A DNA stretch of 63,861 bases, filler included, from an uncultured Methanosarcinales archaeon (GTDB taxonomy: Archaea; Nanobdellota; Nanobdellia; Woesearchaeales; JABMPP01): NCBI GenBank assembly GCA_964604995.1. It is 6 parts of 6 records of this genome, joined end to end, with 100 filler letters (N's around TTAATTAATTAA, not from the genome) between each part and the next. Parts side by side here need not be neighbours in the genome. Positions count along the whole stretch, not along the records: positions 14,808 to 26,377 come from CAZSAD010000040.1; positions 26,478 to 37,838 come from CAZSAD010000041.1; 4 more parts are not named here. The stretch is one strand, 5' to 3'. Position 1 is the stretch's first letter, and each line of letters starts with the position of its first letter. The notes beneath the pieces were generated by a model. It worked only from the letters and a program-made list of their open reading frames with translations. It made no database searches and was not told the origin of the DNA. The translations under genes were made by a program, and so were the position numbers. This document shows positions 19,459-28,474 of the stretch, piece after piece.

Positions 19459-22400
19459 TTGAAAAAGAGAGATAACAAATCTAAAATTATATCAGGTATA
19501 TTATCAATAGTAGTTATAGTTCTATTAATATTAGTTGGCCCAGCAAAGGCAATTGAATTAAGCATTAGCGCATTTTCTAATCCAACACCAACTCAAGGAG
19601 ATGTTATTTCAGCTACTGCAACTATACATGTTGAGTCTACTGAAAGAATGCCTTTACCTAATGATGTTGAGTTGTATATTAATGGTATTCAAAATTGCAC
19701 ATTTCCTGCTAACACAGTTGCTTATAATTGTGGTGCAATAACAATAACAAGATTATCTTTGTCTGCTTCACAAGGCTATGGTTATGGATATGGGTACGGT
19801 TATGGTTACGGATATGGGTATGGTTATGGATGGTCAAATGGAGATTTTGCATACAATATTACTGCTAATTCATCTGGTTTTTCATTAGGTAATTATTCAA
19901 TTTATTTAAGACTTGATGCCGGTGCAAGTTATGTTTACACTTCAGGCACCAGTAATTTTAGTGTTATTCCAGAAGATCAAATTGCAATAGCATTTGATGA
20001 AATTTCAAGTCAATTATCTGTTGCAGGAATAGCAAATAATTTGAATAATATTACAACTAGTAATATCAATAGTTTCTCAGGATTATATTTTGAAAAAAGA
20101 TCAGATGTGAATAATGCATCAACTGCCCTTGGAAGAATAACATTTAATTCAGCATTAAATTTGTCAAATACTGAAACGCAAACATTCTTACAAAACTTGG
20201 GAACTAAAATGGATGCAAATAGTATAGGAACTATAGGTCTTAATTTTACTGGTGCAACAAATTCATTAGCTCTTAAAAATACAAGTGCAACAATCAAATT
20301 TTATGGATTAAATAATCTTGGTTTTGCTGCAGATTCTACAGCAAATGAGATAACTTCAAAATTAATTGCTTTTGATGATAGTGGAAATATGATAGATGAA
20401 TCATCCCTAATTAATACATCTGCAGCAACTTATCTTGGTGCATGCGAAGTTGATGGAGGATGTTATGTCTTTAGTATTCCAGTTAGTCATTTTACAACAT
20501 ATGAAATTGATAATACACAACCAACAGTTGATGCAATCACAATTGGTGGTAGCTACACTTACTCTGGAACTAATTATATACTTGAAACTTCAACATTTTA
20601 TGCAACTGTTTCAGACACCAATGGACTTACAAATTCATGCCAATATACAATTGATAATACAACATGGAATACTGCAACATTCAATAATACTGCATGCATT
20701 GCACAAAATATCAACACAACAACTGCAACATTAATTAATTTTAGAATTAATGATACTGCAGGAAATAGAGGAAGTGGAACTGTAATTGCAGTAACATTGC
20801 CAACAACTGATGCAAAAACAGATCTTATATTTACACAAATTCAAGGAACAAATTTAGATAATCAAACTGTTACTTCCAAACTTAATTTAATTACGGCAGG
20901 CAAAGCTGGAACAAACACTTCAATTTCATGGGCATCCTCAAATGATTCTGTAATCAGAGCAACTGATGGAAGAGTAACAAGGCCACTATTTGGTACATCA
21001 GATAAAAATATTACACTTACTGCAACAATTGCAAAGAACAGCTATACTTCACAAACAAAATCATTTAATATGATTGTGAAACAAGAAACAAGTAATCCAG
21101 CTGATGCCATTGCTGCTGCAAAAGCAGATTTAACATTTACTACAATCAAGAAAAACAATAATAATGAAACAAATATAACTACTGATTTAATTTTACCAAC
21201 AACTGGTTCAAATGGAACAACAATTTCATGGTCAACAAGCAGTGCAAGTAAAATAACAACTTATGGTTCAGTTTCAAGACCAAGTGTTGATGCAACAGTA
21301 ACATTAACTGCAACAATAAGCAAATTAACATCAAGTGACACAAAAGTATTTACATTGACTGTAAAAGGTGTTACTGCTCAAGATGAGATTGATGTTAACA
21401 ATGCAAAAATAAATCTTACAATGACAACAATACTGAATGGAAATCCATCAGAAACAGAAATTATGGGAGATATATATTTACCAACGAATCTTTCTGGTTA
21501 TACTGGAGTTAATATATCCTGGGCATCAACTGACAGCAGCATAATAAACCAAACAGATGGAAATGTTGTGAGATCAAGTGGAGCTGATGCAAATGTCAAC
21601 ATGACAGCGACCTTAACCAAGAATGCAACAAATGTTACAAAGTCATTTGCACTTACAGTGCTAAAAACAGTTGCAGCAGTAGTTCCAGTAAACAATACTA
21701 TTGATGTACAAGAAGGACAAACTGAAATTCTCCTTGATACTTCAAACATAAATAGTGTTAGTGAAATCCTAATTAATTCAAGTGTTAGTGAATCACAGGA
21801 AGTAACTATAAATTTAGATAGTTTAAGAAATTCAACAGGTGGTTTAACTATAAATGCACCACTCAATCTATCGAGAAATACAACAACTGCAAGTTATACT
21901 GCAGAGATTGCAAATGGAACTGAAATTTCAGGTTCTTCGAATTGGAATGGATTAATTACAATGCCTACTGTAAAAGAAAACAGCGAGGTTAGTGTATCAA
22001 CTGGATCAGTTGAAAAAGTAATTGAAGTAGGTTTCTTAGGAGGCCAACTTAATTTCACAAAAGCAGTAAAAATTACAATACAGGGTATGGGCGATGGAAG
22101 AAAAGCAGGCTATTCTAGAGATGGAGTTTTCACAGAAATTCCAGAATGTACTTCTGCTCAAATTTTAGATCCAAATACTCTGCTTGTAGGCGCAGACTGT
22201 TATACCGCTTCAGGTTCAGACATGATAATCTGGACAAAACACTTTACAATGTTTGTAGCATACACTGCAACGGCAACTACTACAACAACAGAGGATTCTT
22301 CAAATAGTGGAGCAGGATTACCTTATGAATCAACAGTACTTGCTTCAGCTGGGAAAGTGTGGGATAGTTTAATTGCTGGAACAGTAACAAATTATGCAAT

Positions 22401-23085
22401 TGCTCAAACTGATATAGCAATAACAAGACTCGGATTTACAGCTACTTCAACTATTAGCAACCCTGGCCTTACTGTTTCAACATTAGTATCACAACCAGCT
22501 GAAACATCAAACTTAACTGGTAAAACATATGCATTTTTACAAATAACAAAAAGCAATTTATTAGACACAGAATTAAATAATATTGAAATTGAATTTAAAG
22601 TGCCAAAAACATGGTTTATTACAAATGGAGTAAATGAAAATGATCTTAAACTAATAAGATGGAATTCTGGCAAATGGAATGCCTTGCAGACAACTAAAAA
22701 GACATCCACAAGTGTTGATAATATATATGTTGCATTAACACCAGGATTTAGTTATTTTGCCATATCTACTGCTAGTACAGCAGTTATTGCGAGTCAAACA
22801 ACACAACAACCTGTACAAAATGTAACAAACCAAACACAACAATCAACTACACCTTCACAAGAAACAACAGATAGTACACAACCAGTTGCTGCACAAGAAA
22901 CTACAACAGACACTTCGGCTACAAAAGGACAAGAAGCGGCCCCAACTGAACCAGTAACCAAAAGTAATAGGTGGATTTGGGTATTACTTGGAATTGTGAT
23001 ACTTGTTTTGGCTTTTATTGTTGTTATGATTATGGGTAAAATAAAAAAGCAAGAACCACCAATAAAATCAGAAGAGAATCTTTAA
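19459..23085 (+). CDS. Large surface glycoprotein with (GY)9 tract, three Ig-like repeats, PGF-pre-PGF domain, Thr/Gln linker and C-terminal TM
   Basis: Signal peptide (PAKA-IEL); repeats of LPT.G..GT.ISW.S...G.V.R...LTATI.K; IEFKVPKTW..TPGFSYFAI; terminal TM. Confidence 0.85.
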   Translation: MKKRDNKSKIISGILSIVVIVLLILVGPAKAIELSISAFSNPTPTQGDVISATATIHVESTERMPLPNDVELYINGIQNCTFPANTVAYNCGAITITRLSLSASQGYGYGYGYGYGYGYGYGYGWSNGDFAYNITANSSGFSLGNYSIYLRLDAGASYVYTSGTSNFSVIPEDQIAIAFDEISSQLSVAGIANNLNNITTSNINSFSGLYFEKRSDVNNASTALGRITFNSALNLSNTETQTFLQNLGTKMDANSIGTIGLNFTGATNSLALKNTSATIKFYGLNNLGFAADSTANEITSKLIAFDDSGNMIDESSLINTSAATYLGACEVDGGCYVFSIPVSHFTTYEIDNTQPTVDAITIGGSYTYSGTNYILETSTFYATVSDTNGLTNSCQYTIDNTTWNTATFNNTACIAQNINTTTATLINFRINDTAGNRGSGTVIAVTLPTTDAKTDLIFTQIQGTNLDNQTVTSKLNLITAGKAGTNTSISWASSNDSVIRATDGRVTRPLFGTSDKNITLTATIAKNSYTSQTKSFNMIVKQETSNPADAIAAAKADLTFTTIKKNNNNETNITTDLILPTTGSNGTTISWSTSSASKITTYGSVSRPSVDATVTLTATISKLTSSDTKVFTLTVKGVTAQDEIDVNNAKINLTMTTILNGNPSETEIMGDIYLPTNLSGYTGVNISWASTDSSIINQTDGNVVRSSGADANVNMTATLTKNATNVTKSFALTVLKTVAAVVPVNNTIDVQEGQTEILLDTSNINSVSEILINSSVSESQEVTINLDSLRNSTGGLTINAPLNLSRNTTTASYTAEIANGTEISGSSNWNGLITMPTVKENSEVSVSTGSVEKVIEVGFLGGQLNFTKAVKITIQGMGDGRKAGYSRDGVFTEIPECTSAQILDPNTLLVGADCYTASGSDMIIWTKHFTMFVAYTATATTTTTEDSSNSGAGLPYESTVLASAGKVWDSLIAGTVTNYAIAQTDIAITRLGFTATSTISNPGLTVSTLVSQPAETSNLTGKTYAFLQITKSNLLDTELNNIEIEFKVPKTWFITNGVNENDLKLIRWNSGKWNALQTTKKTSTSVDNIYVALTPGFSYFAISTASTAVIASQTTQQPVQNVTNQTQQSTTPSQETTDSTQPVAAQETTTDTSATKGQEAAPTEPVTKSNRWIWVLLGIVILVLAFIVVMIMGKIKKQEPPIKSEENL

Positions 23086-23162
23086 ATTTATTTTTTAGTA
23101 TCAATTTTTTCTAAACCAAAACTATTATATACTAGATTGATAAATATAATTGATGAATTAGT

Positions 23163-23651
23163 ATGGGAAATAATACTCCAAATACCTTAAATTCATCAGT
23201 TTCTACTAAACCTACCTTTGAAAAACAGAATTATTCTATAACTGGAAAAATTAAAAATATTGCTATTGTACAAGATGATAAAGGTGATATTTACACTGTT
23301 AGAACAATAGAATTTGATAATCCTGGATTTGGAACAAGAGTAATTAAAAATAAATTAGATTTGAATAATGGATATAGATTAGAATTATCAGATACCATGC
23401 ATGATGGAATTGAGGATTTACCAACTGCTGGTTTTTTTTATAAAGTAGCGTGTAGTATTTTAGAACAATACCATAATCCCCCTAAATGGAATAAAACTAG
23501 TATCTTGGAACAACAAAAAAATTTTCAAAGTGATTTATATAAAGTTAATAATATGCTTGCCGAATTAAGTTCAAAAGGAAAAAAAATAGTATTGGAAGAA
23601 ACATTAAATTCTTATTCTCCAACTAAACTTGAACATAGTAGTATTAATTGA
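23163..23651 (+). CDS. Hypothetical protein
   Basis: 162-aa ORF with an upstream TATA-like element. Confidence 0.65.
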   Translation: MGNNTPNTLNSSVSTKPTFEKQNYSITGKIKNIAIVQDDKGDIYTVRTIEFDNPGFGTRVIKNKLDLNNGYRLELSDTMHDGIEDLPTAGFFYKVACSILEQYHNPPKWNKTSILEQQKNFQSDLYKVNNMLAELSSKGKKIVLEETLNSYSPTKLEHSSIN

Positions 23652-23750
23652 TTCTGAAAAATTCTTTACTGATGTAATAATTTCTAACAGAAGTTTACCT
23701 TTTAGTGCTTTTTGTAAATATTTATATAGTACATATTATATTCACTACTA

Positions 23751-24590
23751 ATGGATAATAAAAAACAATTTGAGATTTATGAAACTAAGAGATTTAGAAA
23801 TGATTTCAAATACAATTTTAATATAGTTGGAACACTAAATGACAAGCAATTATTGGAGTTTTATACAGAAGTTATTGTAAACAAACCTTATTATCATGGA
23901 ACAAACTCAAAAGCACTCAAAAATATCCAGTCTGAAGGAGAATTAAAACCCCAAAGTGCTAATTGGAATATTGAGTTTAAAAAATTAAAAGAGATTTTAT
24001 TAAAGTCTGGATGGGAAAATCCTCTTTGGGAAAAGGATGCTGGAAAAGTTTACCTTGCAACTATACTTAGGATAGGAGTTAGTTACGCAAACAGAAGTCC
24101 AGAGAGTTTATCGCAATTAACTGGAGAAAAAAATTGGATTAATCGTCAAATTGAATTTGCAGAAAAAAATTTGAATACTGCTTTGACTTATGGATTTTTT
24201 AGAGATAATCATTATCTTGTAGTTGATGCAAATAAAATCATAGAGAAAAATTTAAGCAATGAAGCTCTTGCTAAATTTTCAAATATATCTTTGGAAGAAT
24301 TTATACGAGCAAAAGAATTATTCAAAAAAATATGGAATGATTTTGCAGAAACTGATCCTATATTGCTTGTGTTCAAACATGGTCCTTATCTTGACAATGC
24401 TAATCAAAACACTGCAAATTTTGAAAGATTTAAAGAATTTATCACTAAGAATGATAATGGATTTTTAGGATATGTGTTACAACAGATATTAAGTGAACCA
24501 GAAATACAAATAGATGTACCGATTTCTTTGGAATATTTAGTTGATACGGTAGTTTTATCTAAAGATAGTAAAGAAGGTATTATATTTTGA
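23751..24590 (+). CDS. Hypothetical protein with ADP-ribosyltransferase-like motifs
   Basis: YYHGT...NIQSEGELKP...GKVYLA...SYA. Confidence 0.5.
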   Translation: MDNKKQFEIYETKRFRNDFKYNFNIVGTLNDKQLLEFYTEVIVNKPYYHGTNSKALKNIQSEGELKPQSANWNIEFKKLKEILLKSGWENPLWEKDAGKVYLATILRIGVSYANRSPESLSQLTGEKNWINRQIEFAEKNLNTALTYGFFRDNHYLVVDANKIIEKNLSNEALAKFSNISLEEFIRAKELFKKIWNDFAETDPILLVFKHGPYLDNANQNTANFERFKEFITKNDNGFLGYVLQQILSEPEIQIDVPISLEYLVDTVVLSKDSKEGIIF

Positions 24591-24670
24591 AAAAGTAATT
24601 ATTAGTTTCTAAAATGTTTAAGGATAAAAAAGCTTGGTCAGAGTTAGCACAAATAAAACTTAATAATAAA

Positions 24671-24778
24671 AGCCCCTGGTGAGAATTGCACTCACGACCT
24701 CGTCCTTTCTGTCACTTCGTTCCGAACCTTCGTACCGAAGATACCAAGGACGCGCAATGGCTACTATGCTACAGGGGC
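24671..24778 (-). tRNA. tRNA-Thr(GGT) with a 35-nt intron at 37/38 (24707-24741)
   Basis: Acceptor GCCCCTG/CAGGGGC + U discriminator; anticodon arm CGTCC-TTGGTA^A-GGACG; T arm GTGAG-TGCAATT-CTCAC; no encoded CCA. Confidence 0.92.
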
Positions 24779-24835
24779 AGAGCTGACCTCAGCTCGCACG
24801 GGAGCTGGTACGACACTCGCAATGCTCGGTCGTAC
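24779..24835 (-). ncRNA. Candidate structured 5' leader of tRNA-Thr
   Basis: GTACGAC/GTCGTAC hairpin plus CCGTGCGAGCTGAGGTCAGCTCT abutting the tRNA; BRE/TATA (GAAAGTTTATAAA) at about 24868-24880. Confidence 0.6.
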
Positions 24836-24920
24836 TATCTAATATTAACCTTAGAATTCAAAAACGGTTTATAAACTTTCTTAAAATTTAGGTCGTTTTA
24901 TAGTATTAGTTTAAATTTGT

Positions 24921-25271
24921 TTATGAGAAATCTTTATCATTACAATGTGTTTGTATCCATTGTCTTGGTCTGTAGCCTGAATCGCATTTATCTGGCTCAT
25001 AGATAGTTTTAGGCTTGATTGTTTGAAATCTTTTATTTCTCTCAACTGCTTTTTTTTGCATTGAATAAAATTGCGCTCTTTTCTGCTCGAAATCAGATGA
25101 CATTTGCCTGACTATATATTTACTATTCCCATTTGTAAATTCTTTTTGATTTGACAATTGTTGAGTAATTGTTGATGCATTTACTTTACTTGCAGAAAAA
25201 ATAATTGTTACTATAAGTGTTAAAGTAAATAATACTATTGAAATAATTACCAAGGTTGTTTTCTTCATCAC
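24921..25271 (-). CDS. Secreted/membrane-anchored hypothetical protein
   Basis: N-terminal hydrophobic helix and two C-terminal Cys. Confidence 0.65.
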   Translation of the reverse strand: MMKKTTLVIISIVLFTLTLIVTIIFSASKVNASTITQQLSNQKEFTNGNSKYIVRQMSSDFEQKRAQFYSMQKKAVERNKRFQTIKPKTIYEPDKCDSGYRPRQWIQTHCNDKDFS

Positions 25272-25401
25272 TCATAAGCAATAGCTTATTCTATAAAAAT
25301 ATGAGCAAATTAGAGCAATTAAAACAAAAGGTTTATATATTCCCTAAGCACAAATTAGACTATATCAGTGACTATATCATTAAGTTGGGGTTGAATAAAA
25401 A

Positions 25402-25608
25402 ATGGGTCAACAAGAAGTATACGATTTTTTAAAGAAAAATAAGACATCCTGGTTCTCCAGCAAGGAGATTGCAAAGAAATTAAAAGTTTCTATTGGGTCA
25501 GTAACAAACAGCCTAAAAAGATTAAGAGAAAGTAAACAAGTTCTTTTTAGAGTCAAGAAAAAAGATCCAATGTCAAGAAAAATTTATGAATATAAATTCA
25601 AAAAATAA
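25402..25608 (+). CDS. Small winged-HTH DNA-binding protein
   Basis: SSKEIAKKLKVSIGSVTNSLKRL; upstream TATA and a GACTATATCA direct repeat. Confidence 0.85.
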   Translation: MGQQEVYDFLKKNKTSWFSSKEIAKKLKVSIGSVTNSLKRLRESKQVLFRVKKKDPMSRKIYEYKFKK

Positions 25609-25651
25609 ATTGATTTTATTTTTTAATTCTATTTTTCTTTGATTAATACAA

Positions 25652-26377
25652 TTAATTAGTTGTTTTGAGATATATTGATAATTCATTCTGTAAATCTGAA
25701 TATTTATCTTTTTGAAGATTTGCTTTAATGCTATCTCTTATTGGCCTAAAAAATTTTTTAGCTCCCTCTGGAAGATGAGTTCCTAAAGACCATGGCAAAT
25801 CATGCGTTAATTTATAAAATAATGGAAAAGTGTCATAATTTTGAGAATTGTGTTTTGTTGATATTCTTTCATGATTTGATTTAATCATCTCTTTATTTGG
25901 TTCACCTGTTATTGAAAGTTCATGAACCCTATAAAAATAAGCAACATTAGGAGAGAATGTAATATTTTTGCCAAGCATCTTTGCAACTTTAGCAGTAGTT
26001 ATTGTTACATCAAGATCTTCTCCGAATCTTATATTTGGATCAAAAATACCTTCTTGGTGAAACTCATTTTTTGTGTATTCTTTTATTTGCTTTAAAAAAT
26101 TTATATCCCACATTGTTGTGTGATGTGGAAAATGTCTTGCACTTTGAGATTTAGCTAAAACTTCTGCATCTGGATTGTGATTCCACTCATAAATGCTTAT
26201 TATTTTCCCCTTATCATTAAACAAAGCCATTTTTGAGAATACAAACCCATTATGTAAATTATTAGCTCTTTTTTGCAAACTATCTTGCGTTAACAAATCA
26301 TCTGAATGAAGATAGGTTATGCCAATTATATTTTTGATTTCATTTTTCGTTAAGGTACTATTTCCAGTTAAACATTC
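25652..26377 (-). CDS. GT2-family glycosyltransferase, 5'-truncated
   Basis: Frame stays open to the contig end (ITYLHSDDLL); FDPNIRFGEDLD and FYRVH..S motifs. Confidence 0.75.
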   Translation of the reverse strand, partial: ECLTGNSTLTKNEIKNIIGITYLHSDDLLTQDSLQKRANNLHNGFVFSKMALFNDKGKIISIYEWNHNPDAEVLAKSQSARHFPHHTTMWDINFLKQIKEYTKNEFHQEGIFDPNIRFGEDLDVTITTAKVAKMLGKNITFSPNVAYFYRVHELSITGEPNKEMIKSNHERISTKHNSQNYDTFPLFYKLTHDLPWSLGTHLPEGAKKFFRPIRDSIKANLQKDKYSDLQNELSIYLKTTN

Positions 26378-26477
26378 NNNNNNNNNNNNNNNNNNNNNNN
26401 NNNNNNNNNNNNNNNNNNNNNTTAATTAATTAANNNNNNNNNNNNNNNNNNNNNNNNNNNNNNNNNNNNNNNNNNNN
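26378..26477. other. Artificial contig spacer
   Basis: Same 100-bp N/TTAATTAATTAA/N linker. Confidence 0.98.
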
Positions 26478-26511
26478 TAAAGAAAAATTTAAAGAAATTA
26501 TTTAAAAATAA

Positions 26512-26754
26512 TTATTGCTTACTTTTGCTAGAAAACTCAGTATAATGGCAATTGCCGCATGTTGTTCTATCTTTATGCTTTGCCATAAAAAACCCAGCAC
26601 CGCACTTTGGACAAGTAAGATTAGTCCTATGGATTTTTCCGCCTTCTATTTTGTAAAGCTTGTATAATCCGCTTTTAGCTCCACTTGATTTTTTATCTGA
26701 GCCTTTTGCAGCTGGTCCTGATTTATTTGGTTTTCCGCCTTTTTCTCCTGCCAT
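26512..26754 (-). CDS. rps27ae: 30S ribosomal protein S27ae (eS31)
   Basis: CPKCGAGFFMAKHKDRTTCGNCHYTE; operon context. Confidence 0.96.
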   Translation of the reverse strand: MAGEKGGKPNKSGPAAKGSDKKSSGAKSGLYKLYKIEGGKIHRTNLTCPKCGAGFFMAKHKDRTTCGNCHYTEFSSKSKQ

Positions 26755-26801
26755 TTTGATTATCCCTCGTTAGTTAGATTATTAATTTTGTTTATACTAA
26801 A

Positions 26802-27122
26802 TTATTTTTTAGCATCTTTAGGTGCATCCTTATTTTCTCCTTCTTTTTTTGGCTTGCCCCTATTGACCATATATTCATATTCAATTTTTTTTAAGGAAGC
26901 TTCGTCCTTGTAAACATATGCTAAAATTTGTGCTTTGCCATAACCTATTGCACTTTTTATATTTTTTATAACAACAAGATTATCACTAACACCTTCACTA
27001 CTAGCAACTTTTTTTCTAACTTCTTCCCTTGATGGAACTGCGCCTGCAAATACTAAATCTGCTTTTAGCTCCAATCTGTCAAGCATTGGTTTTTCTTTTT
27101 TTTCGACGATTTTGAATTCCAT
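26802..27122 (-). CDS. rps24e: 30S ribosomal protein S24e (eS24)
   Basis: PMLDRLE..VPSREEV..G.G.A..YVY..KKIE; operon context. Confidence 0.93.
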   Translation of the reverse strand: MEFKIVEKKEKPMLDRLELKADLVFAGAVPSREEVRKKVASSEGVSDNLVVIKNIKSAIGYGKAQILAYVYKDEASLKKIEYEYMVNRGKPKKEGENKDAPKDAKK

Positions 27123-27162
27123 TTTTTCACCTTACCTTAAATTTAATTAATTTGATGTGAGA

Positions 27163-27348
27163 TTACCTAACTTTAATGGCATATTCACCATTATCAGCAA
27201 TTCCCACTTTGTTTGCTACCATTGATTCTTTAGTATCAAGTATATGTAATCTTCCTTGCCAACTTGTTGAGAATGTTGCGTTTTTGCAAATTGGACATTC
27301 GTTTCCGTCAACAAAGAGCTTGCATTTTTTGCATACTTTCTTTTTCAT
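27163..27348 (-). CDS. spt4: Transcription elongation factor Spt4 (RpoE'')
   Basis: CKKC..CPIC..STSWQG..S.VA..GEYAIKVR. Confidence 0.95.
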   Translation of the reverse strand: MKKKVCKKCKLFVDGNECPICKNATFSTSWQGRLHILDTKESMVANKVGIADNGEYAIKVR

Positions 27349-27394
27349 AATTAGCACCTTCCATGAATATTAATAAATAAATATTACACAATAT

Positions 27395-27991
27395 TTACTT
27401 TTTCTTTGAATCTTTTTCTTTCTTTTCTTCCTTATTATTTTCAGCTTTTGCTGCAACTGCAACAGGCTCATTTGCCCAGTCTAATTTACCAAGTCCGAAT
27501 TGTCTCATAGTCATTCCAATTTTTGGATTGGAAACATCCTTGTAACTAACAGCAATTATTCTTGCTCTGCAAATATCATTAACTTTCAAATTTCTTTTGC
27601 TATCTTTTCCAACTAAAACTTTTTCTTTGCTAAATGAGACAAAATCATCCATTGTTTGCGAAATGTGAATCATACCGTCTGTTGGACCAACATTTAAAAA
27701 TGCTCCAAAATCAGCAATATCTTTAATTTTTCCAGCTAAAACTTCTTGAAGCTCTGGTTTGAATGTAAGTAAAGTAAATGTTGCTTGATAGTAAGCTGCA
27801 CCATCTCCTGGAATTATAACTCCTTCTTGCATATCTGTTACATCAGACACATCAATAATAAATCCCAAATCTTTAGAGATATATCCTTCGTATTTTTTCT
27901 TTATTCTTTTGATTATAGCTTCTTTTTTGTCCAAACCAAAATAAACTGGTGGAACCCTTATGTGGTCTTTGACATCAACCTTGTAAAACAT
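27395..27991 (-). CDS. rpoE: RNA polymerase subunit Rpo7 (RpoE')
   Basis: IRVPP..FG, IIPGDGAAYY, DFGAF..GPTDGMIHISQ, MRQ.GLGKLDW. Confidence 0.96.
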   Translation of the reverse strand: MFYKVDVKDHIRVPPVYFGLDKKEAIIKRIKKKYEGYISKDLGFIIDVSDVTDMQEGVIIPGDGAAYYQATFTLLTFKPELQEVLAGKIKDIADFGAFLNVGPTDGMIHISQTMDDFVSFSKEKVLVGKDSKRNLKVNDICRARIIAVSYKDVSNPKIGMTMRQFGLGKLDWANEPVAVAAKAENNKEEKKEKDSKKK

Positions 27992-27996
27992 GCGCT

Positions 27997-28380
27997 TCAC
28001 CCCATTATGAGATACTTTTTCTGTCTAAGTGCAATAATCGCAATTCCTAATGCTTTGAGCTTTGCTTTAAGCTCCATATCTTGTGTAGCCACAATAATAT
28101 CTTTGTCTTTTTTTGCTAAATCTAAAATTCCATCGTCAGCGGGCATTATCCCACTTTCAATTACTTTGAGTTTTCTTGAAATAATACTCAAAGCCATTTT
28201 AGCTGCTTTCTTGTATTTTATTGACTGCTTTTCTTGTATACCTTTTAGCTCTTCAATCACACTGTCAAGAGTTATGATTTCATATTTAAAGTCACATATC
28301 CTCTCAATTTCTGAGAAAACATCAACCTTCAGCATGCCAAAACTCATTAGCATATTGGTATCGAGCAGTATTTTTTTCAT
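27997..28380 (-). CDS. PIN-domain nuclease (Fcf1/Utp24-like)
   Basis: ILLDTN, VIEEL, ADD.I, VATQD..LK; conserved position upstream of rpoE. Confidence 0.9.
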   Translation of the reverse strand: MKKILLDTNMLMSFGMLKVDVFSEIERICDFKYEIITLDSVIEELKGIQEKQSIKYKKAAKMALSIISRKLKVIESGIMPADDGILDLAKKDKDIIVATQDMELKAKLKALGIAIIALRQKKYLIMG

Positions 28381-28474
28381 ATTGGGCTCTACTATCGAAA
28401 AGGATTATAGGGGTATTTAAAAAGCTTGCTGTATGGATTGAAAAAGAGATTTGTGATTCTTCGTGATTATCAGA

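Noticed and set aside
24630..24645. tRNA-Thr trailer CTGACCAAGCT could pair with leader AGCTGAGGTCAG
   Set aside because: No equivalent complement is seen after tRNA-Ala, so it is not supported as a general feature.
24779..24835. Leader as a hammerhead, HDV-like, twister or pistol ribozyme, or as a split-tRNA half
   Set aside because: I could not find the CUGAUGA/GAAA core or other consensus elements by eye, and both tRNAs are already complete. Left as an unknown element.
24686..24874. 62-aa plus-strand ORF
   Set aside because: Antisense shadow of tRNA-Thr and its GC-rich leader.
27785..28420. 211-aa plus-strand ORF and other antisense ORFs (e.g. 55898-56311, 46392-46790, 48476-48802, 21498-21866)
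   Set aside because: They lie opposite well-supported genes and show no motifs of their own.
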